IMG/VR virus record: IMGVR_UViG_3300027769_001114
Span: 32,001-96,000 of that record
DNA length: 64,000 nt
Origin: a virus
Strand: one strand, 5' to 3'
Position numbers and translations under genes: made by a program. The notes under the pieces are model-generated. The model saw only the letters and a program-made list of their open reading frames with translations. It did no database searches and was not told the origin of the DNA. This document shows positions 19,941-30,110 of the stretch, piece by piece. Position 1 is the stretch's first letter. Each line of letters opens with the position of its first letter.

Positions 19941-21088
19941 ACCGTTATACGACCCCACTTAAGAACGCGTCCGTAGCCTTTAATGCCATGGGCGTCTGGA
20001 ACGCAGTCGTCACCGGCGTACCCGACCACAGGCTCATGGTCAGAGTGCCAAGGCTTTCTGGCGACATGGAATACGGCCCGCTGTATGTCGTTGGCGAAAG
20101 TACCGACACATACTCTATTGGCGATCCTGTGATCGTCTCTTTCCTCGAAGGGAAACAAGACGAACTCATCGTCATTGGAAGGGCAAAACAGACCAACGAA
20201 CTCCCTGCTGTTATAGAGGGGCCACAAGGGGCGACTGGACCACAAGGTCCACAGGGAGCAACTGGTCCAGTTGCTGGATCAGCAAATCAGGTCGTCTACA
20301 AGGACGGCTCCAATGTGGCGTCTGGTAGTGCAAACCTCACATTTAACGGCACCGACCTTAGCCTCGGTGGGAGGCTCAATGTCAATGGCTCGTCAGGTGA
20401 CGAGGGTGGGGAGATAATACTAAGCAAGGCACAGACCAACACCACGCTTGTAGGTGCAGTGGCTGTTGATGTATTCCGGGACAAACTCAGGTTTTATGAG
20501 ACAGGCGGAACCAACCGTGGCTTCTATTTGGACGTATCTTCTGCTGGGGCCACCGCCTCAACGCAACTCGGTACGACATTCACCTACAAGGTCGGCGATA
20601 CTGGCCCAGGTGGGGGGATAATCTTCTTCGTTGATAGGTATGACGAGCACACAGGGTTTACCTACCTTGAGGTAGCTCCAGTCACTACTGAAGTACTAAG
20701 AACTTGGGCACCATCGTCTCCGGTGAACTATCAAAGTACTCTCGTTACGGGTGCGGACTCAATGGCTTTAGGCGCTGGCTATCAAAATACAATAGACATT
20801 GTTGCTCAAGGGCATACAAATACCGCAACTTCTGCCGCATATTATTGCGATCAGTTAACTTTTGGTGGTCAATCGGACTGGTATCTCGGAAGCGTTGCAG
20901 AGATGAAAATGGTTTATGACGTCGTTCATTTACGGTTGGGCGTTGGTGGTTTTTCGGCTGTCTCTTATTGGAGTTCTTCTGAGAGTGTCGCCACCTCTGC
21001 ATGGACTCAGACTTTCTTCTCTGGCTCTCAGTCCGCAGCCGCTAAGACCAACTCCTACTCTGTCCGTCCAGTGCGGAGATTCTCGTGA
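19937..21088 (+). CDS. Baseplate spike (gpV/gp5 OB-fold) fused to a C-type-lectin-like (DUF1566/Lcl-type) domain
   Basis: N-term VRVPRL...IGDPVIVSFLEG...IVIG; short collagen; C-term GDTGPGGGIIF...DWYL.S..E...YWSSSE...VRPVRRF. Confidence 0.8.
   Translation: MNRYTTPLKNASVAFNAMGVWNAVVTGVPDHRLMVRVPRLSGDMEYGPLYVVGESTDTYSIGDPVIVSFLEGKQDELIVIGRAKQTNELPAVIEGPQGATGPQGPQGATGPVAGSANQVVYKDGSNVASGSANLTFNGTDLSLGGRLNVNGSSGDEGGEIILSKAQTNTTLVGAVAVDVFRDKLRFYETGGTNRGFYLDVSSAGATASTQLGTTFTYKVGDTGPGGGIIFFVDRYDEHTGFTYLEVAPVTTEVLRTWAPSSPVNYQSTLVTGADSMALGAGYQNTIDIVAQGHTNTATSAAYYCDQLTFGGQSDWYLGSVAEMKMVYDVVHLRLGVGGFSAVSYWSSSESVATSAWTQTFFSGSQSAAAKTNSYSVRPVRRFS
20246..20551 (+). repeat. Copy 1 of a ~305-bp module shared with the collagen fibre gene
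   Basis: First 65 nt identical to 33689-33753; remainder diverged. Confidence 0.9.
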
Positions 21089-21128
21089 GATCCGCCGACC
21101 TACGCCCCTTGTGGCAGAATGGCAAGTG

Positions 21129-21473
21129 ATGGAACTACTCTCAATACCGTTCAGGATTGGCGACGACGGCCGGCCAGAGAGGATCTGGCAGGGCTCGGAG
21201 GCGCACGCCCATCAACAGGCATTGCAGTTCGTGTCCACCAAGCCAGGCGAACTACCCATGTCCCCCCTCTACGGCATTGACGACCCTTCCTTCAGGAGTA
21301 TTGACGCAGCGGAAGTTGTAGTCGGCATGGCCACCTACCACCCTGAGGTGACCGTGCAGTCGGTATTCGTGTACGGCGATCCGTCTGGCAAGTCAGAGGT
21401 CGTAGTAGAAGTCATCCCCGCTACCGCAACAGTGGCAGTAAACACAGAACGGAGCGTTGTCCTAAATGCCTAG
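21129..21473 (+). CDS. Baseplate wedge gp25/GPW-like
   Basis: LSIPFR...STKPGELPMSPLYGI. Confidence 0.8.
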   Translation: MELLSIPFRIGDDGRPERIWQGSEAHAHQQALQFVSTKPGELPMSPLYGIDDPSFRSIDAAEVVVGMATYHPEVTVQSVFVYGDPSGKSEVVVEVIPATATVAVNTERSVVLNA

Positions 21474-23160
21474 TCCCGACATTAGACAGTTCGTCGACCT
21501 AACCCTCTACGACCTCGAAAGTCAGTCAATCTACCTCAGGGCTCTTGACTACATGAAGGTCGTGTTCCCAGAGTTTCAGCCGACCGAGGGTTCTCTTGAG
21601 TCCGTCATCCTTCAGTCCATGGCACTCGAAGTGGCGAACCTCGTCACATCCATCAACAGGCTGCCCGGTGGCGTCGTACAAGTTCTCCTAAGGCTCTTTG
21701 ACGTACAGAGAAGCGAAGGTGTCCCCCCGACGGCGGTTATTGAACTCAGAGGGTCAACGAGTTCTTCCTACACAATCCCAGCAGGAACAAGACTCTTCTA
21801 TCAGTCAACATTGAACTCCACACCATTGGTGCTCGTCACCGACTCGATTGTCCAACTGACGCACGCCAAGTCCGTCAGTAGCATTGCCGTCGTCACCAAT
21901 GTCGCTACGGTAACAACATCCGACTACCACGGTTTTTCCATCGGCGAGACAGTGACATTGGCCGGTTTTACCGATACTGACTTCAATGATCCGTTTGAGA
22001 TCATTTCCGTGGGCGATAAGACATTCACTTTCGCCATCGTCAAAACCGACACTACGGAGACACCAACGGCCGCAACGGCCACACCGCCAACGACCCACCC
22101 AGCAACGGGTTATGTCATCGCTACCGGCACGTTCATTACGGATGGTTTCAACGGGCTACCTACCGGTACGAGGCTTGACCTCCTGTCTGTAGTCCCGCAA
22201 GTTGCTTCCGCTTATTTGGCTACGGCAGTTACCGGCGGGTCAAATGCCGAGGATGACCTCACTTATTTTGAGAGGGCATCGGCAAACTTGGCAAGAGTCA
22301 ACGACTCGCTAGTTACTGCCGACAACTACACGCAGTGGGTTACCAACTCCAATACCTTCACTGAGGTCTACAGGGCAACAACTCTTGACGGTGTCAGTTT
22401 TGCCAGGCAGTCGTCAGTCGGTTGTGTGACATTGGTTGTTGCTCCGATTGACGTCAACTCAACCAACTTATTCTCAGGAGTTGGCAATGGCTCTACCTTG
22501 CAGAGTTCCGTCGACTGGGGAACAAAGGACGAAATACAACTTGCTGCGGAGTCAATCTCACATCCGTTATCAACAGTTGCGGTCGTAGACCCGTTCCTTA
22601 TCACCGTCTCCTGCGCCGTATCTGCGTCGCCGTATGGCACGACGAACGGTACAGAGATGTCGGCAGCGATTACCTCGGCGTTGCAGTCGCTCATCAACCC
22701 AAATACTTGGCCATGGGACGTGACATTGAGGAAGAATGATGTCATTTCGGCATCTTCAACCGCAGTAAATACGGACGGCGAGAGGGCAGTTACATATGTC
22801 TCGGCAGTCACCCTCTCCATAACTGACGCCAAGATTCCTTCTTCCGGGGCCAAAACGACGCCACCCTTCACGACAACGTACAGTTCGCCGAACCGCACAT
22901 TGACTACCACCCCCGCCCACGGAATGAGTTCCGCAAACACCAACTATGTTTCAATCTATGATGGAACAACATGGTGGCTGACGACGGTCACTGTCGGATC
23001 AACGACTCAGTTCACATTCAACACCACCGGCAATATTGGGGCAGCCGTCCCAACCGATTGGGCGTTCGTTGGCTACATTGACGGCACTACGGGCGATCTT
23101 GTTTTCGCCGATCAGGCACCACTTGTCATATCCGGCGATCACACCATTACGGTGGTCTAG
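21466..23160 (+). CDS. Baseplate J-like protein
   Basis: RLFDVQR...TIPAGT...TGGSNAEDD..Y..R...VTADNY. Confidence 0.85.
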   Translation: MPSPDIRQFVDLTLYDLESQSIYLRALDYMKVVFPEFQPTEGSLESVILQSMALEVANLVTSINRLPGGVVQVLLRLFDVQRSEGVPPTAVIELRGSTSSSYTIPAGTRLFYQSTLNSTPLVLVTDSIVQLTHAKSVSSIAVVTNVATVTTSDYHGFSIGETVTLAGFTDTDFNDPFEIISVGDKTFTFAIVKTDTTETPTAATATPPTTHPATGYVIATGTFITDGFNGLPTGTRLDLLSVVPQVASAYLATAVTGGSNAEDDLTYFERASANLARVNDSLVTADNYTQWVTNSNTFTEVYRATTLDGVSFARQSSVGCVTLVVAPIDVNSTNLFSGVGNGSTLQSSVDWGTKDEIQLAAESISHPLSTVAVVDPFLITVSCAVSASPYGTTNGTEMSAAITSALQSLINPNTWPWDVTLRKNDVISASSTAVNTDGERAVTYVSAVTLSITDAKIPSSGAKTTPPFTTTYSSPNRTLTTTPAHGMSSANTNYVSIYDGTTWWLTTVTVGSTTQFTFNTTGNIGAAVPTDWAFVGYIDGTTGDLVFADQAPLVISGDHTITVV

Positions 23161-23162
23161 TC

Positions 23163-24770
23163 ATGTCGCACAAGAACCTGCTAACAAAAGATGAGCAGGA
23201 AATCAACATTATTGCCGAACTCTGGGAGGCAGATGGCAATAACTCCATCTCTCGTTCAATCACGAGATACAAGCAACCTCCCGCATCTCTCTATTTGAGC
23301 AACTCAGCCAGTACGTCGTCTGAGTGCTTCCTTATTCGTCAGATCAACCTTGCGGCAGATACCGAGTACAGGGCGTTCGTGTTTGGCTACTCCGATACAG
23401 ATCAGACGGAGTTTGGACTCAGGGTGACGACTCGTGATGTTGCTGGAGAAGTTGAGACAATACATACCTCCACTTCAGTAACCGCCTACTCAAAGTGGGT
23501 GCTCTCGTCGGTTGTTTTTACAACGGGGCATGACACTAGGTCAATGTTGCTTGAGCTATACGCCAACGGTGCTCCCGTGTGGTTTGATCAAGTCGTCGTT
23601 ATTCCCAACTACATAAAGCCATACCATCGTTTCACCAATCTTGTCATGAGACACTTTCCCGACTACATGAACGATGTAGACGAGCAGGAGTCATATCACC
23701 TCGCACGGTTCGTTGACGCTGCCGGGGAACTTGGCGACGATATCCTCTCGGCAGTACTTGGGTTTGACTACATCCCAGCAGTTGACGGCATCCCTGGATA
23801 TGACAGATGCACGCTCGTTGATCCTGCGTACTATCCAGACGACACCGTGGCAAAAGCTGAGTGGTTGCCGTGGTTGGCACAACTCGTTGGCGTTAGACCG
23901 ATTACGAGTGGTAGTGGTGGTCGTACGCCGTGGTTTTGGTTGGAGAATGAATATGGAACTTGGTCAAGCCTAGAGACTGCGATTGACCCGACCGGCAACT
24001 CCGTATGGCCGTCGTCGTCATTTGTCCGCACAGGTGGAGTCGTCACCGCAACCCTCGGAATACAGACTTCTGGCCCTGCGTACTTCCCGGCAGTCGGCGA
24101 TGTTGTTGAAGTTACAAATAGTGGAGGCTTCTCAGGTTCGTACTCAATCCTCACTTCCAATAGTGGCACCAAGGTACTTACTTGGTCACAGCCAGGGACT
24201 AACGGAACTTCAACAGCATTGAGTTCAATCCGAGTTTCCGATACCTCGTGGGCCGAACTTGAGTCAGATAATCCGTTGGCTTTTGATACCGTTCGTACGC
24301 TTGCCCACCTGGTCAGGACGAGGGCAACCGGCCTCAGGGCCGGAACGAATAGGGCTATATCCGCCGCCGTTATGGCAGTTCTTGACGGTTTTGACAGCAA
24401 AGCAACAGCCACTGTCACTGATGACGGAGTGCTAGTAACCACAGTTCTCGCACACCCCTTTATTGCTGGCGACTTCGTTGCCCTTTATGACTCGAAAAAC
24501 ACCGTATTTGAAACGTCCTCAACGGTTGACTCGGTAGTCAGCCCAACCTCATTTATTATGACTTCCAGCCTCGTTGACAGGGGATACGGGACGGTTGACT
24601 GCTGGGCGACGAATAAGAGGGTTGTCTTGGAATACGGCGCACTAAGTTCTTCATGGAATCTAACCGTGAAAACAAACGAATCTCAGACACTCGGCGTGGA
24701 TCTCGTGGTCAAGGCGGCGAACCTTGCCAAGCCAGCTGGGGTAGTCGTCTATCACGGCTACAATACATAA
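23163..24770 (+). CDS. Baseplate wedge / tail protein I-like
   Basis: WLPWLAQLVG, RAGT..AI..AV, KPAGVV. Confidence 0.8.
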   Translation: MSHKNLLTKDEQEINIIAELWEADGNNSISRSITRYKQPPASLYLSNSASTSSECFLIRQINLAADTEYRAFVFGYSDTDQTEFGLRVTTRDVAGEVETIHTSTSVTAYSKWVLSSVVFTTGHDTRSMLLELYANGAPVWFDQVVVIPNYIKPYHRFTNLVMRHFPDYMNDVDEQESYHLARFVDAAGELGDDILSAVLGFDYIPAVDGIPGYDRCTLVDPAYYPDDTVAKAEWLPWLAQLVGVRPITSGSGGRTPWFWLENEYGTWSSLETAIDPTGNSVWPSSSFVRTGGVVTATLGIQTSGPAYFPAVGDVVEVTNSGGFSGSYSILTSNSGTKVLTWSQPGTNGTSTALSSIRVSDTSWAELESDNPLAFDTVRTLAHLVRTRATGLRAGTNRAISAAVMAVLDGFDSKATATVTDDGVLVTTVLAHPFIAGDFVALYDSKNTVFETSSTVDSVVSPTSFIMTSSLVDRGYGTVDCWATNKRVVLEYGALSSSWNLTVKTNESQTLGVDLVVKAANLAKPAGVVVYHGYNT

Positions 24771-24788
24771 CGGACCGGAGGAAAGCAA

Positions 24789-26651
24789 ATGGCTACAGGA
24801 ACAACAACGAGGATCGGGCTGACTACATGGTCCTCAGGCGACGATCCTTTCGGCAGGGCGCAGTTTCAGCAAGACAACTTGTCAATGGACAACCTTGTAG
24901 CCATATTTAGAACCGGGGCAACGGGGGTAAAGCCCGTCGCCTCCGAGGCCGCTCATTCCAAAACATTCTTCTATGACACCACAACGGGTGTCCTTTCGTA
25001 CAATAATGGCACAGCGTGGAATACGCTTGACGACAAGGCAGAGTCAGCCGATGCCTATACGGTCATTGCTGGGTCGATTGAGATACCGCAGGGTGCCTCT
25101 ACTAGGATTTCTCGTGCCGATCACAAACACGCCATCAGTACGGCAACCGGCGTATCTATTACTGGCACGAGTGCCGAAGGGACGTCGACGTCTCTTGCGA
25201 GGGCAGATCATAACCACGCCCTTAGTAATGGGGTAATCGGGGCTGCTCAGATTGCCGCGGCGGTAGTTGGTAAGGCAAAACTTGCCACCGATATTGTTCA
25301 TGCAACTGGAGGACTCACATTCACCAATGTGGATGGTCTGTCAGTAAACCTTGGTGCGACTATTGAGTTGTCGTCAAATGCCTTGATCGTCAAGACCAAC
25401 ACGATTGGCCCGACCCACCTGACTACCGGCGTGGCAGGTAACGGGCTTGCTGGGGGTGGCGGCACCGCCTTGTCCGTCAATGTTGACGACTCCACACTTG
25501 AGATCAACACGGACAGTCTTAGGGTCAAGGACGCGGGCGTCGGTAGGGCGAAGTTCAACGCAGACGTTGTCAAAACCAACGGCGGACTTAGTTTTGCAAC
25601 TACGGCGGGTGCGACCGGTGGGCTCTCCGTCAATACCGATGGTACGACCATTGAGCTCTCTGTCACCGGTGGACTTAGAGTCAAAGACACAGGAGTGGGC
25701 AAGGCGAAACTCAACTCTGATGTAGTCAAGTCTCTTGGCGGGTTGACATTCTCCAATGTTGACGGACTCTCCGTCAATACAGACGGAACCACGACCGAGC
25801 TCTCTTCTGGCAACATCATCGTCAAGGATGCCGGTATTGGCAGAGCAAAGTTCAATGCGGATGTCGTCAAGACAAGTGGCGGACTTAGTTTTGCGACTAC
25901 GGCTGGCGCAACCGGCGGACTTTCCGTCAATACCGATGGGTCAACGACGGAACTCTCGTCTGGCAACATCATCGTCAAGGACGGTGGCATCACCAAGGCT
26001 AAGTTCAACTCGAATGTAGTGAAGACTAATGGTGGTCTTGTGTTCGTTGCGCTCGACGGACTCTCGGTCAATACCGACGCAAGCACCATTGAACTATCTG
26101 TCGGTGGTGCGCTCAGGGTCAAAGACACGGGCATTGGCAAGGCAAAACTCAACTCTGATGTAGTCAAGTCTCTTGGCGGATTGACATTCTCCAATGTTGA
26201 CGGACTCTCGGTCAATACTTCAACGACCATCGGCTTATCGTCGGGCAACCTGATCGTGAATACGAATACGATCGGCCCAACACACCTCACAACTTCCGTG
26301 GCCGGCAACGGCATCACGGGCGGAAACGGTACGGCACTCGCCGCACTGGCTGATCCGAACGGTGTTACCACCGGGCTTGCGAGTATTTCGGTTGGAGCGG
26401 GCGGAATCAAGGTAAACGGAGGCATCGTCCTTACTTCTGCGGGAGCACCATCAACGACACCGCCCAACGGGAACATGAACGTTGACACGACGAACCACGT
26501 CCTGTACTACAGGTCGGGTTCTGCATGGAAGAACGCCCTCTGGGCTGCAGGAACGGTCAATAGTGCTCCATCGGCAAAGGGTGTATGGATCTCTGCGGGG
26601 ACGACTCCGACTACTCAGGGTGCTGTTGGCGACATCTGGATTACCTACTAG
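24789..26651 (+). CDS. Tail fibre with repeated beta-spiral-like units
   Basis: 7 LSVN-containing repeats (GL.F...GLSVN.D..T.ELS..L.VKD); two RADH.H motifs. Confidence 0.8.
   Translation: MATGTTTRIGLTTWSSGDDPFGRAQFQQDNLSMDNLVAIFRTGATGVKPVASEAAHSKTFFYDTTTGVLSYNNGTAWNTLDDKAESADAYTVIAGSIEIPQGASTRISRADHKHAISTATGVSITGTSAEGTSTSLARADHNHALSNGVIGAAQIAAAVVGKAKLATDIVHATGGLTFTNVDGLSVNLGATIELSSNALIVKTNTIGPTHLTTGVAGNGLAGGGGTALSVNVDDSTLEINTDSLRVKDAGVGRAKFNADVVKTNGGLSFATTAGATGGLSVNTDGTTIELSVTGGLRVKDTGVGKAKLNSDVVKSLGGLTFSNVDGLSVNTDGTTTELSSGNIIVKDAGIGRAKFNADVVKTSGGLSFATTAGATGGLSVNTDGSTTELSSGNIIVKDGGITKAKFNSNVVKTNGGLVFVALDGLSVNTDASTIELSVGGALRVKDTGIGKAKLNSDVVKSLGGLTFSNVDGLSVNTSTTIGLSSGNLIVNTNTIGPTHLTTSVAGNGITGGNGTALAALADPNGVTTGLASISVGAGGIKVNGGIVLTSAGAPSTTPPNGNMNVDTTNHVLYYRSGSAWKNALWAAGTVNSAPSAKGVWISAGTTPTTQGAVGDIWITY
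25260..26330 (+). repeat. Internal repeats of the tail fibre
   Basis: For example 25680-25780 is nearly identical to 26118-26218 (offset 438). Confidence 0.85.
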
Positions 26652-26657
26652 GTCGCC

Positions 26658-28451
26658 ATGGCAATCCATGTAAAGACCGGTGCCTCCACATGGACAGAGG
26701 TGACCAACACAGCCCCAAACATAAGGGTCAAGACGGGTGCGTCAACGTGGACGGAGGCCTCCTTGGTCTATGTCAAAACTGGCTCAGGTTGGCAACTTGT
26801 CTGGGACAACGCAGCGGTTCCGCCCGTTTACTCGTCACACTCGTCATCTGCCTCGGGAACGGGGTCACCCGACAAGTCAAGTTTCACCATTGTGTGGACG
26901 CAACCGACTATCTATAGTTTCTCCAAGTATCAGTTCACATCTGATGGCGGCGCAACCTGGGGTGGAGACGTTACTAACGCCGGTCTGAGGACATACACCT
27001 GGACGAACCTGAACTCGTCTACCTCATATACATTCGGTGTCCGTACGGTGACGGTTAGTGGTCGAACGGGCGAGATGCTCTATACCGCCACGACCGCCAA
27101 CGGCAACCCGCAACCCGTCACTTCGGGGTCGTCCGCATCGCTGACTTCCTCCGGGGGAACGATCTCGTGGACGGCGTCAACATCCACCGACCTCGCCTCA
27201 ACCAATAGGTACGAAATATGGGCGGACGGGGCAACATCGGCAACCTTCTCTCAGAACGGTGTCTCCAAGGCGATTACCGGCCTTTCGCAAAATACGTCCT
27301 ACACATATACCGTCTACGCCGTTGACTCTGGCGGTCTGAAGTCTTCGGGCTTGGCAATCTCGTTCACGACGACCAATGCCAACCCGCCCGCACCGACATT
27401 GACGGGGAACTACGCCAAAGCGCACGACACTACGAGCAGGACAACCACGGGGGCCGTCAGGAAGGGCCTCACATGGAGGGTTCAGTACTCCGGCGAAGCG
27501 GTCTCAATGACATACAACGTGTATACCTGGAACGGAACAAGTTATGTGGACTATACGTCCGGAATACTCTACGCCACTAACAACAGACAGACATCCGTAG
27601 ATACGACATTGGCCTTCACTGGTCTTCTGGCAAGCACCGACTACTACCTTCGTGTGACGGCTACAGATGCCAACTCTGGGTCTACCGACTCAACTATTGT
27701 CGGCGGAACGACATATGCCGCCTACGAGTACGAGAGGACGGCCACAAGCAACTGGTTCTCAACATGGGTTGATGTGAATCAGGCTTACGCCTCCGCCAAC
27801 CTCAGACGTTCAAGCATTGCCCCCAACTTTGATCAGAACAATGTCGGCACGGGTAACGTAAACGGCTGGATATCTGGTCCTAATGCACAACCCTCAAACG
27901 CTGACAGTTACGAGTGGATCGCCTGGCCGTTTGACTGGGCGACATGGGCACCGAGTATCCCGAGGTATGTCACCTACAACACTCGCCCCGCTGGAGGAAA
28001 CCTAGTAGAAAGTACTGATCAGTCTAGGTGGATTGTGGGTTTCAGATACGGTCTGAACACCAATGCGTTCAATAAAGACGTGATTATGTATGTCTCGCTT
28101 GGCAACAACTACGACTCAACGAAGCCGGTGGTCGGTGGGACTAGCACTACTACCTGGAACGCAGGTGCCATCGGCACGATCCCGTACGTTGGCGCGAATG
28201 CTCAAAACACCTACTATACGTACACCACGCAGAACGCCACAGGTACCCACTCATTTGAGTACGTTCCAGTAGCGAACTTTTTCTGGACGCAGATCGCCGA
28301 GTGGGAGGGCAGTGGGCTGATCGTCAGATACACGAGCACGAGGCTTAGTACATACAGTGGGTACGGGTTGACTAACTGGAGGGCGTCGGCCGTATCGTTT
28401 GGACTGAGAGTCCTCTACAGAACGATCACCGAGACCGCCTACTACCGTTGA
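26658..28451 (+). CDS. Fibronectin type III-containing fibre / receptor-binding protein
   Basis: About three FN3-like units (W...L...TSYT..V.AV). Confidence 0.75.
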   Translation: MAIHVKTGASTWTEVTNTAPNIRVKTGASTWTEASLVYVKTGSGWQLVWDNAAVPPVYSSHSSSASGTGSPDKSSFTIVWTQPTIYSFSKYQFTSDGGATWGGDVTNAGLRTYTWTNLNSSTSYTFGVRTVTVSGRTGEMLYTATTANGNPQPVTSGSSASLTSSGGTISWTASTSTDLASTNRYEIWADGATSATFSQNGVSKAITGLSQNTSYTYTVYAVDSGGLKSSGLAISFTTTNANPPAPTLTGNYAKAHDTTSRTTTGAVRKGLTWRVQYSGEAVSMTYNVYTWNGTSYVDYTSGILYATNNRQTSVDTTLAFTGLLASTDYYLRVTATDANSGSTDSTIVGGTTYAAYEYERTATSNWFSTWVDVNQAYASANLRRSSIAPNFDQNNVGTGNVNGWISGPNAQPSNADSYEWIAWPFDWATWAPSIPRYVTYNTRPAGGNLVESTDQSRWIVGFRYGLNTNAFNKDVIMYVSLGNNYDSTKPVVGGTSTTTWNAGAIGTIPYVGANAQNTYYTYTTQNATGTHSFEYVPVANFFWTQIAEWEGSGLIVRYTSTRLSTYSGYGLTNWRASAVSFGLRVLYRTITETAYYR

Positions 28452-28494
28452 CATCTAGGGGTTGCTGTCACGACTGTCGTGTATCGTTTGTCGG

Positions 28495-28857
28495 ATGTCC
28501 CCCGAAGTCGCCTCAGGAGCAACGGCCGCCGTGGTCGCCATGATCTCTGGTTTCTTCCTCTGGCACACGCAGAAGGACGGCAACAAGGTGTCAAAGATAA
28601 ACACCGTCCTGGACGCTTATGACGGCATCGTCAAGAACCTGCAGGCTGAGATTGACAGAATGAAGCACGACCTTGAGGACATGAGATCCGCAATGGAAGA
28701 GTGCGAGAAGCGCAATACCGACCTTGCTACCGAGGTTGCGTTGCTTAGGGAGCAGGTTGAAGGACTCGGCGAAAGTCCCATAAAGAACGATGAGCAGGCC
28801 CTAAAGAAGAAGGCCACTCCAAGGATGCAAGCCGCGAGGAAGCCCAAGGGAGGCTGA
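28495..28857 (+). CDS. Membrane-anchored coiled-coil protein
   Basis: N-terminal TM segment followed by heptads. Confidence 0.65.
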   Translation: MSPEVASGATAAVVAMISGFFLWHTQKDGNKVSKINTVLDAYDGIVKNLQAEIDRMKHDLEDMRSAMEECEKRNTDLATEVALLREQVEGLGESPIKNDEQALKKKATPRMQAARKPKGG

Positions 28858-28858
28858 C

Positions 28859-29077
28859 GTGGCAAAGGACGGCGACGATGAGGCCGTCATCCGCGAGGCA
28901 CTTTCGGCCCTTTCCCCAGAGGGCGGAGTCATTACCCATTGGGTGATGGTTATGGAGGTCTTCGTTGACGGCGACAGAGACCTGCATGTATCAAGCTCAG
29001 AGGGTGTCACCCCGTGGATGGCTCTTGGGATGCTCGAAGCGGCCAAAATGATAGCCGCCGAAGAGGACGACGACTAA
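28859..29077 (+). CDS. Hypothetical protein
   Basis: GTG start with GGAGG SD; THWV.V.E...TPW..LGML. Confidence 0.65.
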   Translation: MAKDGDDEAVIREALSALSPEGGVITHWVMVMEVFVDGDRDLHVSSSEGVTPWMALGMLEAAKMIAAEEDDD

Positions 29078-29139
29078 CCTGCTACCATCCTTGAGGCGGT
29101 CAACGCCTATGATTGTGGTGACAATCGGGAGGTAAGACT

Positions 29140-29505
29140 GTGATCGCCGGCATCTACAACATCACCTGCGACCAGGGAAGCACGTTTGAGAGGGTATTTA
29201 GGGTCACCTATCAGGACGAGGTAGACCCGGATCTCTACCATCCGTATGACTTTTCTGGCTATACCGCCCGTATGCAGATCCGTAGGGATGTTTCTGCCAC
29301 CACCACACTTGCCGTCCTCACCACCCAGAACGGGAGTATTACCATTGGGGAAGAAGAGGGAACAGTCACCATTTCGCTGACTGCGACTCAGACTGCCGCC
29401 ATTGAACGCTCTGGTGTGTACGACATTGAGATCATCGCCCCTGATCAGAGCGTACAGAAGATCGTGAGGGGCAACTTCGAGCTCAACCTTGAGGTCACTA
29501 GGTGA
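29140..29505 (+). CDS. Small beta-sandwich virion protein (BppU N-terminal-like)
   Basis: DQGSTF...SGYTARMQIR...YDIEI. Confidence 0.7.
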   Translation: MIAGIYNITCDQGSTFERVFRVTYQDEVDPDLYHPYDFSGYTARMQIRRDVSATTTLAVLTTQNGSITIGEEEGTVTISLTATQTAAIERSGVYDIEIIAPDQSVQKIVRGNFELNLEVTR

Positions 29506-30110
29506 GCGAAACAAGGATTGTCGTTGGCCAAGAGGTCAGTAACGTCTATGTCTCAGGCGACCCGCCGAACCTCGTTGAGGTGACGGAGGCGACGAAGAAC
29601 CTCGTCGTTGTCTCACAGGAACTGCAGAACGTCATTGACGTTGTCACCAAGGGGACGCAGGGTCCAGCAGGTACGCAGATCATTGACGGAGAAGGCGCAC
29701 CCTCCAACTCCATTGGAAGAATCGGCGATTACTTCTTTGACAGGCCAAACGGCAAGCTCTATGGACCAAAGACGGCACTTGGCTGGGGCAACACCTATGT
29801 TCAGCTCCTGGCGTTTCTTGCCCTTGACGACATCACCGATGTGAACTCCACGAGTGCGGCAGATCAGGAAGTTCTCATGTACGAGGACTCAACCAATACA
29901 TGGAAGAACCAAAGAATCAGGTACAAGCACGATCAGGCACTGCCCGCCGATGTGTGGACGATCAACCACGGCCTCAAGACAAAGCCTGCGGCCATCGCCA
30001 TATTCGACACATCCGACACCATGGTCTTCGGCGATGTAGATCATGTGAGCGAAAATCAAGTCGTGCTTAGTTTTAGTTCGGCCTTTGCCGGGGTGGCGTA
30101 CCTGACATGA
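29502..30110 (+). CDS. Fibre-associated structural protein
   Basis: [16 protein letters not shown]...LYGPKT; C-terminal WTINH.L...FSSAFAG.AYL. Confidence 0.7.
   Translation: MSETRIVVGQEVSNVYVSGDPPNLVEVTEATKNLVVVSQELQNVIDVVTKGTQGPAGTQIIDGEGAPSNSIGRIGDYFFDRPNGKLYGPKTALGWGNTYVQLLAFLALDDITDVNSTSAADQEVLMYEDSTNTWKNQRIRYKHDQALPADVWTINHGLKTKPAAIAIFDTSDTMVFGDVDHVSENQVVLSFSSAFAGVAYLT

Noticed and set aside
25298-26488. 396-aa antisense ORF
   Set aside because: Shadow of the repetitive tail fibre gene.
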